From positions 176,017 to 240,016 of the forward strand of contig CAWFCQ010000002.1 in assembly GCA_963814375.1 (NCBI GenBank): DNA of 64,000 nucleotides, written 5' to 3'. Numbering within the stretch: the stretch's first letter is position 1; every line of letters starts with the position of its first letter. Both the position numbers and the translations under genes were made by a program. Positions 19,947-30,318 of this stretch are shown in pieces. Origin of the DNA: an uncultured Chloroflexia bacterium. Its GTDB lineage: Bacteria > Chloroflexota > Limnocylindria > QHBO01. The notes below the pieces were generated by a model. That model was not told where the DNA came from. It made no database searches and saw only the letters and a list, made by a program, of their open reading frames with translations.

Positions 19947-20835
19947 GTGAGCGCCCTCGTCGCGATCCTCGGCGACTCCATCCTGGATGTCGTCGCGACT
20001 CCGTCGGAGCCGATGCGCCCCGGCGGCGACGTGCCGGCGGCCATCCGGCTCCAGCCTGGCGGCCAGGGCGCCAATGTCGCCGTGCGGCTGGCGCGACGCG
20101 GCATCTCCGTCCGCCTGGTGTCATCCGTCGGCGCGGAAGCGGCGGGCCGCATCATCCGCGAGGCGCTGCTCGCCGAAGGCGTCGAGCTGCGTGATGCGGG
20201 AGTGCGCGCAGTCCGAGCCTGCGGTCATCGTGCTCGTCGACCCGACGGGGGAGCGAACCATGCTCAGCCAGCGAACCCCGCTCCTGGGAGAGGCATTCGA
20301 TCTCTCGGCCATCACCGATGCGGACTGGCTGCTCATCTCGGGGTATGTCCTCCTGGAGCCCTCCGCAGGCTTCTCCTTCACCGGTCCGGTGCCGCGTCGC
20401 GTCATCCTCGGCTGCTCGTTGAGCCCTGCCCAGTCATCCGCATGGTTCACGGCCGCCGGATCGCTGATGCCGCACCTCGTCGTGCTCAACCTGGACGAGG
20501 CGCGCACGCTCGCTCCGGGCACCTCCGAGGTCGCGGACCTGTCGAAGTCGATCGGCGAGCGGTTGCGGGCGATCGCGGTGGTCACCCATCCCGGTGGCGC
20601 CGCGGCGGAGATCGACGGCCACGCAGTCGAGGTCATCCAGCCGCCGAGCTCCCATGCGGTGGACACCACCGGCGCCGGTGACGCCTTCGTGGCCGCGCTC
20701 GTGGCCGAGCTGCTCGATCAGCGATGGCCTCCGGCGGTCGAACCGATGCGCGACGCCATGACCACGGCGGTCGAAGTGGCCACCGCCGTCACTGGAGTGG
20801 TCGGAGCCCAGACGCGCATCGCGGGTGAGCCGTGA
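19947..20835 (+). CDS. PfkB-family carbohydrate kinase, probable pseudouridine kinase (frameshift near 20200)
   Basis: PGGQGANVA in one frame, DTTGAGDAF in the next; coupled to psuG. Confidence 0.8.
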
Positions 20836-21743
20836 GCGGTGCACCGCTGCTCGTCTCGGACGAGGTCCGCGCGGCCCTGGCCGAGGGCCGAGCGGTGGTG
20901 GCACTCGAGTCCAGCCTGATCGCGCAGGGCCTGCCCGTTCCCCACAACCTCGAGACGGCGCTCGCGGCCGAGGCGGCGGTGCGCGACGCCGGCGCGGTTC
21001 CGGCGACGACGGCGCTCGAGAGCGGCCGGCTCGTCGTCGGCGCCAGCCATGAGCTGCTCGAGAAGCTGGCGGACCCTGACCGCGTGATCGCGAAGGGGGG
21101 CTCGCGGGACATCGGTCCGCTGCTCGCCGCCGGCGCCCTCGCCTCGACGACGGTCAGTGCGACGATGCGCGCCGCGCACCTTGCCGGGATCGCGGTCTTC
21201 GCGACCGGGGGCATCGGCGGTGTGCATCGGGGCGCGACCTCGAGCTTCGACGTCTCGAGCGACATCGATGAGCTTGCCGCCACCCCGGTCGCGGTCGTCT
21301 CGTCGGGCGCGAAGTCGATCCTCGACCTGCCGGCGACGATGGAGCTGCTCGAGACGCGTCGAGTTCCGGTGGTCGGCTACGGCGTCGACGAGCTGCCGGC
21401 CTTCTACAGCGTCGGCTCGGGGATCAGGCTGGCGCACCGAGTCGACACGCCCGCGGCCGCGGCGGCCGCGATCGCCATGCACCGGTCCATCCCGGGTGCC
21501 GGCGGCCTCCTTCTCGTCCAGCCGCCACCGGCCGACGTCGCCCTCGACGCCGACGAGGTGGACGGATGGATCGCTGAGGCGCTCGCCGATACGGCGGCGC
21601 GCGGGATCCGTGGAGGCGCCGTCACGCCGCACCTCCTTGGCCATCTCGCGCGGGCCTCGGGCGGGCGGACGCTGCGGGTCAACATCGCCCTCATCGTCAA
21701 CAACGCGCGAACCGCGGGACGGATTGCATCGGCCTTGACCTGA
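20832..21743 (+). CDS. psuG: Pseudouridine-5'-phosphate glycosidase
   Basis: VVALESSLIAQG, TTVSATM, FATGGIGGVHRG, GAKSILD, VTPHLL, NIALIVNNA. Confidence 0.93.
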   Translation: MSGAPLLVSDEVRAALAEGRAVVALESSLIAQGLPVPHNLETALAAEAAVRDAGAVPATTALESGRLVVGASHELLEKLADPDRVIAKGGSRDIGPLLAAGALASTTVSATMRAAHLAGIAVFATGGIGGVHRGATSSFDVSSDIDELAATPVAVVSSGAKSILDLPATMELLETRRVPVVGYGVDELPAFYSVGSGIRLAHRVDTPAAAAAAIAMHRSIPGAGGLLLVQPPPADVALDADEVDGWIAEALADTAARGIRGGAVTPHLLGHLARASGGRTLRVNIALIVNNARTAGRIASALT

Positions 21744-21807
21744 ACCATCCGGGCGCTATGCTCGGGCGGCCGATCCGGCCCGGCAGACGGAGGGACGCCC
21801 AAACCGC

Positions 21808-22332
21808 ATGCGCATCTACGATGGCAGCCCGCGCCAGGACTGGGAGGAGGCGCTGCGGGGCATCGGCGCGTTCACCGATCGGGAACGGCTCAAGGAGATC
21901 CTCTTCCTCGAGCTCGAGGGCGGATTCCTCCTCCAGGGGCTGGGAATGCAGGCGGGCGGCGCCGACTCGGACAGCTTCGGCGCGCTGGTCAAGCGGACGT
22001 ACGAGCTGACCGACGACCAGGTTGCCGAGCTGATGGACGCCAACGCCTCGAACCGTGGATCGGCCGACGCAGACCGAGCGCACCCCGACCTCACGAACTA
22101 CTACGAGCTGGCGCTGCGGATCATCGGCGCCTACATCGACAGTCAGAAGGCGCACGACGTCTTCTTCTTCGAGCAGGAAGGCTCGTTCGTCCTGCGCCTC
22201 TTCGGAGTGACGGGTTCGCATGGCGCCGGCCACCAGCTCTCCGAGTTCACCCGCGATGAGATCTTGGCTATGATCGAGTCCGCACCTGAGCAGCGTGGTC
22301 AGCCCGCGCCGAAGGCGACGGGCGCGTCATAG
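21808..22332 (+). CDS. Hypothetical protein with internal domain duplication
   Basis: GGAGG SD upstream; two similar halves (WEEALRGIGAFTD / YELALRIIGAYID). Confidence 0.75.
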   Translation: MRIYDGSPRQDWEEALRGIGAFTDRERLKEILFLELEGGFLLQGLGMQAGGADSDSFGALVKRTYELTDDQVAELMDANASNRGSADADRAHPDLTNYYELALRIIGAYIDSQKAHDVFFFEQEGSFVLRLFGVTGSHGAGHQLSEFTRDEILAMIESAPEQRGQPAPKATGAS

Positions 22333-22345
22333 CAGGGGAGTTCCC

Positions 22346-22498
22346 ATGAAGGCGGTCAAGGTCGTACTCATCAGCATCGCGGCGCTGCTCGCCGCCATGA
22401 TCGTGATCCCGCTCACCATCCTCGCGGGCCTCTTCGTCTGGCTGAAGCTGACCGAAGAGACCGAGGACGACATCATGGAGCTCGAAGACACGATCTGA
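22346..22498 (+). CDS. Small (50 aa) single-TM protein with acidic tail
   Basis: GGGGAG SD, ATG, hydrophobic helix, EETEDDIMELED. Confidence 0.6.
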   Translation: MKAVKVVLISIAALLAAMIVIPLTILAGLFVWLKLTEETEDDIMELEDTI

Positions 22499-22656
22499 TC
22501 CGTTCGGGTCGCATGCGGGGGGTGGGGAGGCTCGTCCGCCCGGCCTGCCGGACGGAACCGGCAGGACCGGCTGCCGAGCCCAACCTCGACCCCCATCGGC
22601 ACCGGACGGTCAGCTGGACCGGGTTCCTGGAGGCAGTTCGGTCCGTCGCCGATCGA

Positions 22657-23469
22657 TCAACCTGAAGCCAGCGCCCAGGCGGCGGTCCAGCACACCGCGG
22701 CCACGAGCATGCCTGGCCAGAGCCGGGGTGGGCCTGAGATCCCCTGCGCCACGGCAACGAGCCCGATTCCTCCGAGTACGAGCACCGCGGTCGATGGGCG
22801 CTCGCCGATGAGAATCGCCGCCCCGACGCCGATGCCGACGCCGATCGCCAGTCCCCAGGCGAGGGCGAAGGCGCGTGGACGCCCGAGCACCTGGGCGAGG
22901 TTGCGGGAGCCCATGCCGGCATCGGCGTCGAAGTCCCGCAGGGTGTTGGCGAGGTGCGCGGCGGCCGCGAATGGTCCGACGAGGAGGGGAGCGAGCGCGA
23001 CGCGGTCGATATCGACGCCGACGCCGGCGGCGATCCAGAGCGGCAGGATGCCGAAGCTCACGAGGTAGGGCACGACCGACCACGGCGTGCGCGACAGCCA
23101 CAGGTTGTAGGCCGCGGCCGATCCCGCGGCGACGGCTCCGAACAGGAGAGCCTGCCAACCGAGGGGGACGGACGTGACGACCTGGAGGCTTCCGCCCACG
23201 CCGGCCACCCACAGCGCCCCGATCGCGCTGATAGCGCCGGATGGGATCGGCTTCGTTGGCTGGGCGATGCGGTCGCGGTCCCGGTCCGCCCAGTCGTTGA
23301 GCGCCCCGGTCAGGATCTGAGACCCGAGCACCGCCAGCGTGGTGAGTGCGATGCGCACCGTCGGCGCGCCAAGCCCCGCCTGAAATGACATGATCGTCCC
23401 CAACGCCGCGCTCAGGAGCACGACCGCCAGCGCCGGCGCAGGATGGACGACGCGGACGAAGCCCGGCAT
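22657..23469 (-). CDS. UbiA-family prenyltransferase
   Basis: NDWADRDRD...KPIPSG and NTLRDFDAD Asp-rich motifs, multi-TM. Confidence 0.85.
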   Translation of the reverse strand: MPGFVRVVHPAPALAVVLLSAALGTIMSFQAGLGAPTVRIALTTLAVLGSQILTGALNDWADRDRDRIAQPTKPIPSGAISAIGALWVAGVGGSLQVVTSVPLGWQALLFGAVAAGSAAAYNLWLSRTPWSVVPYLVSFGILPLWIAAGVGVDIDRVALAPLLVGPFAAAAHLANTLRDFDADAGMGSRNLAQVLGRPRAFALAWGLAIGVGIGVGAAILIGERPSTAVLVLGGIGLVAVAQGISGPPRLWPGMLVAAVCWTAAWALASG

Positions 23470-23544
23470 CGCGGCATCGTACGCTGGCGACGGCCCTGCA
23501 CCCGGCTGGTCCGAGTCCATATCAGCGAGGGGAGTGCCACCAAG

Positions 23545-24112
23545 ATGCCCGCGAAGCGCCGATTCCTTTCCCGAGCCGCGCTGGCCGCGCTCGCCGTCGT
23601 GGTTGTCGCATGCCAGTCGAACGACGACTCGCCCGAGCCGACCGCATCCACGCCGGCATCGGTCGCGCCGTCGCAGAGTGGCGATGCCCCGTCTGCCTCC
23701 GCGGCTGGCTCGGCTGCGGCGAGCGCGGGGGCGGGCGAAGCCACGAGCATGTTCGATCTCGAGGTCGGCGACTGCTTCGTTGAGCCCGATGCGGAGGCGA
23801 GCACGGTCATGCTGGTCGACTGCGCGGAGACCCACATCTACGAGGCCTACTTCGTCCTCGACCACGAGGCCGGCGGCCAGGAACCGTACCCCGGCGACGA
23901 CGAGATGCAGACGTACGCCGACGAGCGCTGCGAGCCGCCCTTCCTCGAGTACGTCGGCACGGACGACTACCAGGCATCGATCTACTGGATCACCTCGATC
24001 ACTCCGTCGGAGGAGACGTGGGGCGGAGGCGACCGCGAGATCGTCTGCTCGCTTCGGGTCGGTGAGGATGGGTGAGCCGACCACCGGCTCGGCCGAGGGC
24101 ACCGGGCAGTAG
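23545..24112 (+). CDS. Septum-formation-family lipoprotein (probable +1 indel near 24070; as read, stops at 24075)
   Basis: Lipobox VVAC; LEVGDCF, VDCAETHIYEAY, YPGD, PSEETW..GDREIVC; removing one G gives the C-terminus GEPTTGSAEGTGQ. Confidence 0.72.
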
Positions 24113-24129
24113 CGCCCTGCTTCTCGGAA

Positions 24130-24404
24130 TCGGTCGGCGAAGCGCGGCTGACGCGCCAGTACTCGCCCCGCTCCCGGGCGAGAAAGCCCTCGTCGACGAG
24201 CATTCGGCGCAAGCGTCGCCGGGTCGGGCGCGTCGTCGAGGAAGATGGGCGTTCACTTCGCGCTCCGGATAGTGACGCCCCGGCTCGAATCGTGTCGGCG
24301 AGAATCTCGCAGGCGGCCAGCAGCATGGCACGGCGCCGCGGGACAGCAATGAGATGGCCGTTCCGGAAGAACGCGAGTCGGACGTGGTCGCTGGGGTCGC
24401 GCAC
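24130..24404 (-). pseudogene. DUF2087-like protein, broken by about 2 frameshifts (3' end uncertain)
   Basis: FFRNGHLIAVPRR, FEPGRHYPEREVN and LRRMLVDEGFLARERGEYWR are split across frames. Confidence 0.6.
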
Positions 24405-24578
24405 GCCTCGAGGATGGCATGAACGGCAGAAGCGGCGCCCACCGGACAGGTCGGTGGGCGCCGCCGCTCCCCCCGTACGCCCCCCGCTAGGGGCAATGGC
24501 TCATACGCCGCGCGTGACGCCATTCGGCCGAGAGCGGGACCACCGAGCGACGCTTGACGAGCACCGGAGACTGGCGCG

Positions 24579-26117
24579 ATGGGACGCGACCTCGTGACGA
24601 CGGCCGGCGCCTGGATCGAGCGCCACAGCTACCTGCTGCTGTGTTGCGCCCTCCTCCCGATGGTGGTGTGGCGCGCCGTCACCGGGACGTGGCTCGCCGA
24701 CTTCTGGGAGCACGCCGCGGTCGTCGGTGAGCTCGCCGCCAACCCGTTCGACCCGAATCACCCGATGCTCGCGATCGATGCGCCACACGCGCTGAACTCG
24801 CCATACCACCTCGTCCTCGGACTCGTCGCTGCGGCCCTCGACGCCTCATCAGTCGCCGTGCTCGGTGCTGCCGCCATCGTGAACTTCGTGCTGCTGCTGA
24901 TCTCGCTCCGGCTCTTCGTGCGGATCTTCACGCGATGGGCCCTGGCTCCGTTTCTCACCCTCCTCTTCACGGTCGTGCTGTGGGGCTTCGAGCCGTGGGA
25001 ATGGAGCGGCTTCTTCCACCTCGTCTCGTTCAGCAATGTCATGGGATACCCGTCGACGCTTGCCACTGCCTCCGCCTTCCTCGGCATCTGGGCGGTGCGC
25101 GCACAGCTGCTGACCGGAGGGTCTGGCTGGGCCATCACGACGGCGGCCCTGGCCTGGATCACCGTCCTCATTCACCCGCCCACGTTCGCCTTCCTCGGCA
25201 TCGGCGCGGTCGCGCTGGTGATCCAGGACTTCGATCGGCGTCACGCCGGGCGTGCTGCGGCGGTCGCAGGCGCCGGTGCGGTCGGCCTCGGGGCCGCGCT
25301 CCTCTGGCCGTACTACCCGCTCGTCAGCCTGACCGGTGCCGATCCGGCCGGCTACCTGCGCGACAACGACCCGTTGCTGGCACTCAGCGGGGTTGTGTCG
25401 AAGACGTTCCCCGCCATCGTGGGGCTGCCGTTTCTCGTGCTTCGCGCCATCCGTCGACGACGCGATGCGCTCGTCTGGCTCTTTCTCGGCGTTTCGGCCG
25501 CCTACCTCGTTGCCCGCTTCGGTGGCATCGGGAGCCTGGCGACGATGATCCGGTTCGTCGTCCTGGCGCTGCACGTTGCGCTCGCCCATGGCATCGCGGG
25601 CCTTCTCGCCGGTCGGTCGGGACGATGGCGAACGGTTCTCGTGCCGGCCGGCGTGGCCGCCGCCCTCGTCGTGGCGGTCGCCTGGACCGCCACGCCCAGC
25701 GGGCGGGCGATGGCCGCGCTCGACGACGCAGCCATCCCCGATCTCGCATTCCTCGCGACCGAGGTGCCCGACGACGAGATCGTCATGGCGGATGCGATCA
25801 CCGCGCTGGAGGTCCCGGCGTGGGGACCAAAGGTGATCGCCTGGCATTACGCCATGCCCTACGTGGAGGACCGCGAGGAGCGCCGCGCCGACGTCGACGC
25901 CTTCTTCGCCGCCGATGCGAGCGCGGACACGCGAACGGAGATCCTCGATCGGTGGTGCGCCGACTGGGTGCTCATCGTCCCCGAGCGCCTCTCGGAGGTG
26001 GGCGGCGCAGAGGCCGCCGAGCTAGCGGCCGATGGCGAACCGGCGCCGGCCGATGCTGCTTCGCGCGCCATCCTCGTCCGGCGGCCGGCGCCCGCCTCGT
26101 GCGTCGCCGGCTCCTGA
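24579..26117 (+). CDS. Polytopic membrane protein, GT-C glycosyltransferase-like
   Basis: About 11-12 TM, DFWEH after the first TM, soluble C-terminal domain; lies next to glycan genes. Confidence 0.55.
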   Translation: MGRDLVTTAGAWIERHSYLLLCCALLPMVVWRAVTGTWLADFWEHAAVVGELAANPFDPNHPMLAIDAPHALNSPYHLVLGLVAAALDASSVAVLGAAAIVNFVLLLISLRLFVRIFTRWALAPFLTLLFTVVLWGFEPWEWSGFFHLVSFSNVMGYPSTLATASAFLGIWAVRAQLLTGGSGWAITTAALAWITVLIHPPTFAFLGIGAVALVIQDFDRRHAGRAAAVAGAGAVGLGAALLWPYYPLVSLTGADPAGYLRDNDPLLALSGVVSKTFPAIVGLPFLVLRAIRRRRDALVWLFLGVSAAYLVARFGGIGSLATMIRFVVLALHVALAHGIAGLLAGRSGRWRTVLVPAGVAAALVVAVAWTATPSGRAMAALDDAAIPDLAFLATEVPDDEIVMADAITALEVPAWGPKVIAWHYAMPYVEDREERRADVDAFFAADASADTRTEILDRWCADWVLIVPERLSEVGGAEAAELAADGEPAPADAASRAILVRRPAPASCVAGS

Positions 26118-26194
26118 GACTGCCGCCGACCGATCCAGATCTCTACAATCGCCCAACCCGGCGTCGCCGCTGCCGCGAAACCAGGAGACAGCCA

Positions 26195-27133
26195 GTGAGC
26201 CACACCCGCCCGCTTGCCGCGCGGATGCGTCGACGTGTCGGTGACCTGTGGAGCCGACTGCCGCCGACGCTGCAGCCGCCGCGACTCCGCAGCCGCATCA
26301 GCTGGGCGATCGGTCTCTATGGCGGGAGCGACCCCACGTCGCTCGCCCCGCTCCCGGGCATTCGCAACCCGATCCTGGACCGCCACGCGGTTCGCGACGT
26401 CGATGCCGCGTTCGTGGCTGACCCGTTTCTCATGCGCTTTGCCGAGCGGTGGTACCTGTTCTTCGAGGTGCTCGACTGGTCGACCGGGCTCGGGCTCATC
26501 AGCGTCGCGTCGAGCGACGACGCCAGGCGCTGGCGCTACGAGGGCGTGGCGCTCGTCGAGCCGTACCACTTGAGCTACCCGCATCCATTTGTGGTTGACG
26601 GGATTCCGCATCTCGTGGTCGAGTCGTCGGCGGCCAAGGTCGTGCGTGTCTATCGGGCCGTCGACTTTCCGCGATCGTGGGAGCCGGTCACCGATCTCCT
26701 CGACGACGTCCCGCGGGTGGACCCGACCCTCTTCGAGCACGATGGAGCCTGGTGGCTGTTCACGGGCCGATACCTCGATGGCTGGCGTCGCCTTGAGCTC
26801 CACATCGCCCCGCATCCGTTGGGGCCGTTCCGGCCGCATCCAGCCAACCCGGTTGTGTCGAACGACACGCGCGTCGCGCGGCCGGGCGGACGCGTCGTCT
26901 GCGACGGCGACCGGTTGCTGCGCTTCGGACAGGACTGCTCCTCTGTGTACGGCGAGCGCCTGTGGGGCGTCGAGATCGTGGAGCTCGCCGCTGACGCCTA
27001 CTCCGAGCGACCGCTGCTCGACCAGCCCGTCCTGGCGGGGCGAGGTCGCGGATGGAACCGGCGGCGGATGCACCACCTCGATGCGCATCAGCTCGATGAT
27101 GGGAGCTGGCTGGCTGCCGTCGACGGCGCCTGA
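26195..27133 (+). CDS. Beta-propeller glycoside-hydrolase-like protein (GH43/GINT1 N-terminal-like)
   Basis: FVADPFL, WYLFFE, HLSYP, VDPTLF, HPANPV, ARPGG, QDC...YG, MHHLD. Confidence 0.7.
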   Translation: MSHTRPLAARMRRRVGDLWSRLPPTLQPPRLRSRISWAIGLYGGSDPTSLAPLPGIRNPILDRHAVRDVDAAFVADPFLMRFAERWYLFFEVLDWSTGLGLISVASSDDARRWRYEGVALVEPYHLSYPHPFVVDGIPHLVVESSAAKVVRVYRAVDFPRSWEPVTDLLDDVPRVDPTLFEHDGAWWLFTGRYLDGWRRLELHIAPHPLGPFRPHPANPVVSNDTRVARPGGRVVCDGDRLLRFGQDCSSVYGERLWGVEIVELAADAYSERPLLDQPVLAGRGRGWNRRRMHHLDAHQLDDGSWLAAVDGA

Positions 27134-27149
27134 ACGTCGCGCGTGACGC

Positions 27150-28431
27150 TCAGGACGTGGGCGCGGGCAGTCTCGGCACGAACTCGATGTCGCTGTAGAC
27201 GCAACCCCAGCGCTGATCGACCTGGCTCGTCCCGTAGATCTGGGTCTCGCCAATCTCGAAGCGGATGGCGTCCTCTGCATGGGCGAAGATGTGCCCCTGG
27301 GAGCTCATGACCCAGATATCGGCCTTGTACGGGCCGGGGAGGTAATCGACGTCGCGCACGACGATGTCGACCTCCATCTCGCCGGCCGGCCACGGCGCGA
27401 GCTCGACGCCCTGCTGTTCGCTGCTGACGCTCGTGAGGAGGACGCCCGAGGCGGTCCAGAGGCTGATTCCGACGTGCGGCTGCCCGATCGGCTCAAGCAC
27501 GTCGACCTTGACCCGGATGGCGAGGTTCTGCCCCGTCACCGGTAGCGGCGCGGGGCGCTGATCCTCGTTGAGGACCTCGTACGAGAGCAGCTTCACCATG
27601 CCGTCGCCCATGACGCCGTGCTGCGAGAACTCGCCGCCACCCCCGCCGGCGTAGCTTTCGCCGTAGGCGGTGACGACCTCGTCGGTCGGGCCCTCCTGCC
27701 GCAACTGTCCGTCGTGGAGCCAGATCGACCGCGAGCAGAGCTGCTGGACGGCCGCCATGTTGTGGCTGACGAGGATGACGGTCCGCCCGCTCTGCGGCCA
27801 CGTCGCTCATCTTGCCGAGGCACTTGCGCTGGAAGGCGGCGTCGCCGACGGCGAGCACCTCGTCGACGATGAGGATCTCCGGCTCGAGGTGTGCTGCCAC
27901 CGCGAAGGCGAGGCGGACGTACATGCCGCTCGAGTAGCGCTTCACCGGCGTGTCGAGGAAGCGCTCGATCTCGGCGAACTCGACGATCTCGTCGAACTTG
28001 CTGCGCATCTCGGTGCGGCTCATCCCGAGGATCGTGCCGTTGAGGTAGATGTTCTCGCGACCGCTCAGCTCAGGGTGGAAGCCGGTGCCGACCTCGAGCA
28101 GGCAGCCGACCCGGCCGCGCACTGTGACCCGTCCCTCGGTCGGCTCGGTGATCCGGCTCAGGATCTTCAGGAGGGTCGACTTGCCGGCGCCGTTCCGTCC
28201 GATGACGCCGAGCCTCTCTCCCTGCGCCAGGTCGAAGGACAGACCACGCAGCGCCCACAGCTGCTCGCGAGTCGGCGACTCGGCCGCGCCCCTGCCGATG
28301 AGGCGCCTGCCGACGTTGCGCGCTCCGTCGGTGATCACGTCGCGCAGCGCCGTGTAGCCGTAGCCGCCCTGGTGGCGGATCGTGTAGCGCTTGCCGAGAC
28401 CCTCGACCCGGATGGCCGATCTAGATGACAT
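27150..28431 (-). CDS. wzt: Polysaccharide ABC exporter ATPase with C-terminal Wzt_C domain (frameshift near 27790)
   Basis: [35 protein letters not shown]; SHNM..V..LC and the C-domain are in another frame. Confidence 0.87.
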
Positions 28432-29266
28432 CGGCGAAGGTCCGCTCGGTGCGCCGGAAGTAGGCCACCCCCAGGCCGAGGATGAGCGTGGTGAGCGTGA
28501 TCGAGAGGATCATGCCGGGCCAGTAGATCTCCGCCGGAGGCCCGAGGATCGCCCAGCGGAAGCCATCAATGACCCCGACCATCGGGTTGAGCGAGTAGAG
28601 GAGGCGCCACTCGTCGGGAACGACGCTGCTCGGGAACCCGACGGGGGAGATGTAGAGGCCGAGCTGCACGATGAACGGAACGATGTAGCGGAAGTCGCGG
28701 TACTTGACGTTGAGGGCCGCCATCCAGATGCCGGCGCCGAGCGCCGCGGCGATCGCGAGGAGGACGAGCGGCGGCAGCGCGAGCATCCGCCAGGTCGGGG
28801 CGAACTGGAGGATGAGCATGAGGACGAGCAGAATCACGAACGAGATGGCGAAGTCGGCCAGGTTCACGAGGACCGAGCTCACCGGCATCGTGAGCCGCGG
28901 GAAGTACACCTTCCCGATCATCTGGGCGTTGTCGACGAGGCTGGCGCTGCTGTCCGCCAGCGCGCCGGCGAAGAACTGCCACGGGAGCAAGCCGGCGAAG
29001 ACGACGATGGCGTAGGGCGCGCCCGAATCGTCGGCGAGCCCGGCGAGGCCGCCGAAGACGAGCGTGAAGACGACCATGATCAGCACCGGACGGATGACGC
29101 TCCAGGCCACGCCGATCGCCGTCTGCTTGTACCGAACCGCGAGGTCGCGCCAGGCGAGGAAGAGGAAGAGCTCGCGATAGCGCCACAGGTCCAGCCAGTA
29201 GTGGCGCATGCCACGTCCGGCCTCGATCAGGACCTCTTCGTCGGCGCGCGCGTCGATCGCGGTCAT
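28421..29266 (-). CDS. wzm: Polysaccharide ABC exporter permease
   Basis: [43 protein letters not shown]. Confidence 0.9.
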   Translation of the reverse strand: MTAIDARADEEVLIEAGRGMRHYWLDLWRYRELFLFLAWRDLAVRYKQTAIGVAWSVIRPVLIMVVFTLVFGGLAGLADDSGAPYAIVVFAGLLPWQFFAGALADSSASLVDNAQMIGKVYFPRLTMPVSSVLVNLADFAISFVILLVLMLILQFAPTWRMLALPPLVLLAIAAALGAGIWMAALNVKYRDFRYIVPFIVQLGLYISPVGFPSSVVPDEWRLLYSLNPMVGVIDGFRWAILGPPAEIYWPGMILSITLTTLILGLGVAYFRRTERTFADVI

Positions 29267-30230
29267 GCGGCCTTCCTTCGCACGCGTCGCCGTGTCTCAC
29301 GCAGCAGGTCGTGGACGCCGGCGGGCAGGATGGCGCGACCGATGACGCCGAGCGCGTCCAACCGCCACGGCTCGTGCCCCAGCGCACGAAAGGCGAGGCG
29401 CATCGCGTCGGCGCGCCGGCCGAGCTCGCGCGTCGCCTCGGCGCTGCGCACGAATCCATCGGCCATGAAGCCGCGGGCCTGCCCGGTCGTGTCGAAGATC
29501 TGGCGGTGGCGCTGGTACATCATCTCGTAGGTCTTCCATGACTCCGGGCGCAGCCGGGACATCATCGAGGCGTGCCCGACGCGGTAGCCGTAAAGCGGTT
29601 CGGCAAGGTACACCGGATGCAGCCCGACCTCCAGCGCGCCGATCCAGAAGTCATGGTCCTCGTTGCCGATGCGGAGCTCGGGACCCTCGTAGTAGCCACC
29701 GACATCGGCCCACAGCGATCGCGTGAACGATGCGCCGCCGGCCGGGATCCATTGGAAGCGCAGCAATGAGACAAGCTCGTCGGGGCGATAGGTGACGAGC
29801 CCCTCGTGGCGGCCGTGGCCCTGGCGGATGACCACGTCGTCGCCGTCGAAGGCCTGGTAGTCGGTGAACGCGCAGTTGTACGCGCCGTCGGTGGCAGGTG
29901 GGGTAGGACCCGCGCGAGGTAGGTGGGCCGGAGCATGTCGTCGGAGTCGAGCGGGACGATCACCTCGGAGCGCGCTTCGCTGATGGCCGTGTTGCGAGCG
30001 GCCGACAGCCCTCGATTGACCTCATGCCGAACGATCCGGATTCTCGGGTCACCGATCCGTTCGACGACCGCGCTCGCCGAATCGGTCGCGGAGCCGTCGT
30101 CGACGACGATCGCCTCCCAGTCCTCGACGGTCTGGGCACGCACGCTCTCGAGGGCGTCGGCAAGGTACCCGGGATCGTTGAAGACCGGGACGATGATGGT
30201 GCAGATGGGCGGTGCGGAATCGCTGTGCAT
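29263..30230 (-). CDS. GT2 glycosyltransferase (frameshift near 29890)
   Basis: IIVPVFN, VVDDGS, NRGLSAARN, LDSDD; EDHDFW in the second frame. Confidence 0.82.
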
Positions 30231-30318
30231 GCTCGAGCGAAGCGGCGGGGAGGTTCGTGAATTCGGCGCATATGATGCACGACCCCGAGATTCCTGCCGA
30301 TTCGCCCCCTGTCGCGCC

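Noticed and set aside
22517-22595. SRP RNA or 6S RNA
   Set aside because: Lacks the SRP domain IV consensus and is too short, with no clear central bubble, for 6S.
24061-24112. Selenocysteine readthrough at TGA 24073-24075
   Set aside because: The plausible continuation is in a different frame; a single extra G explains it.
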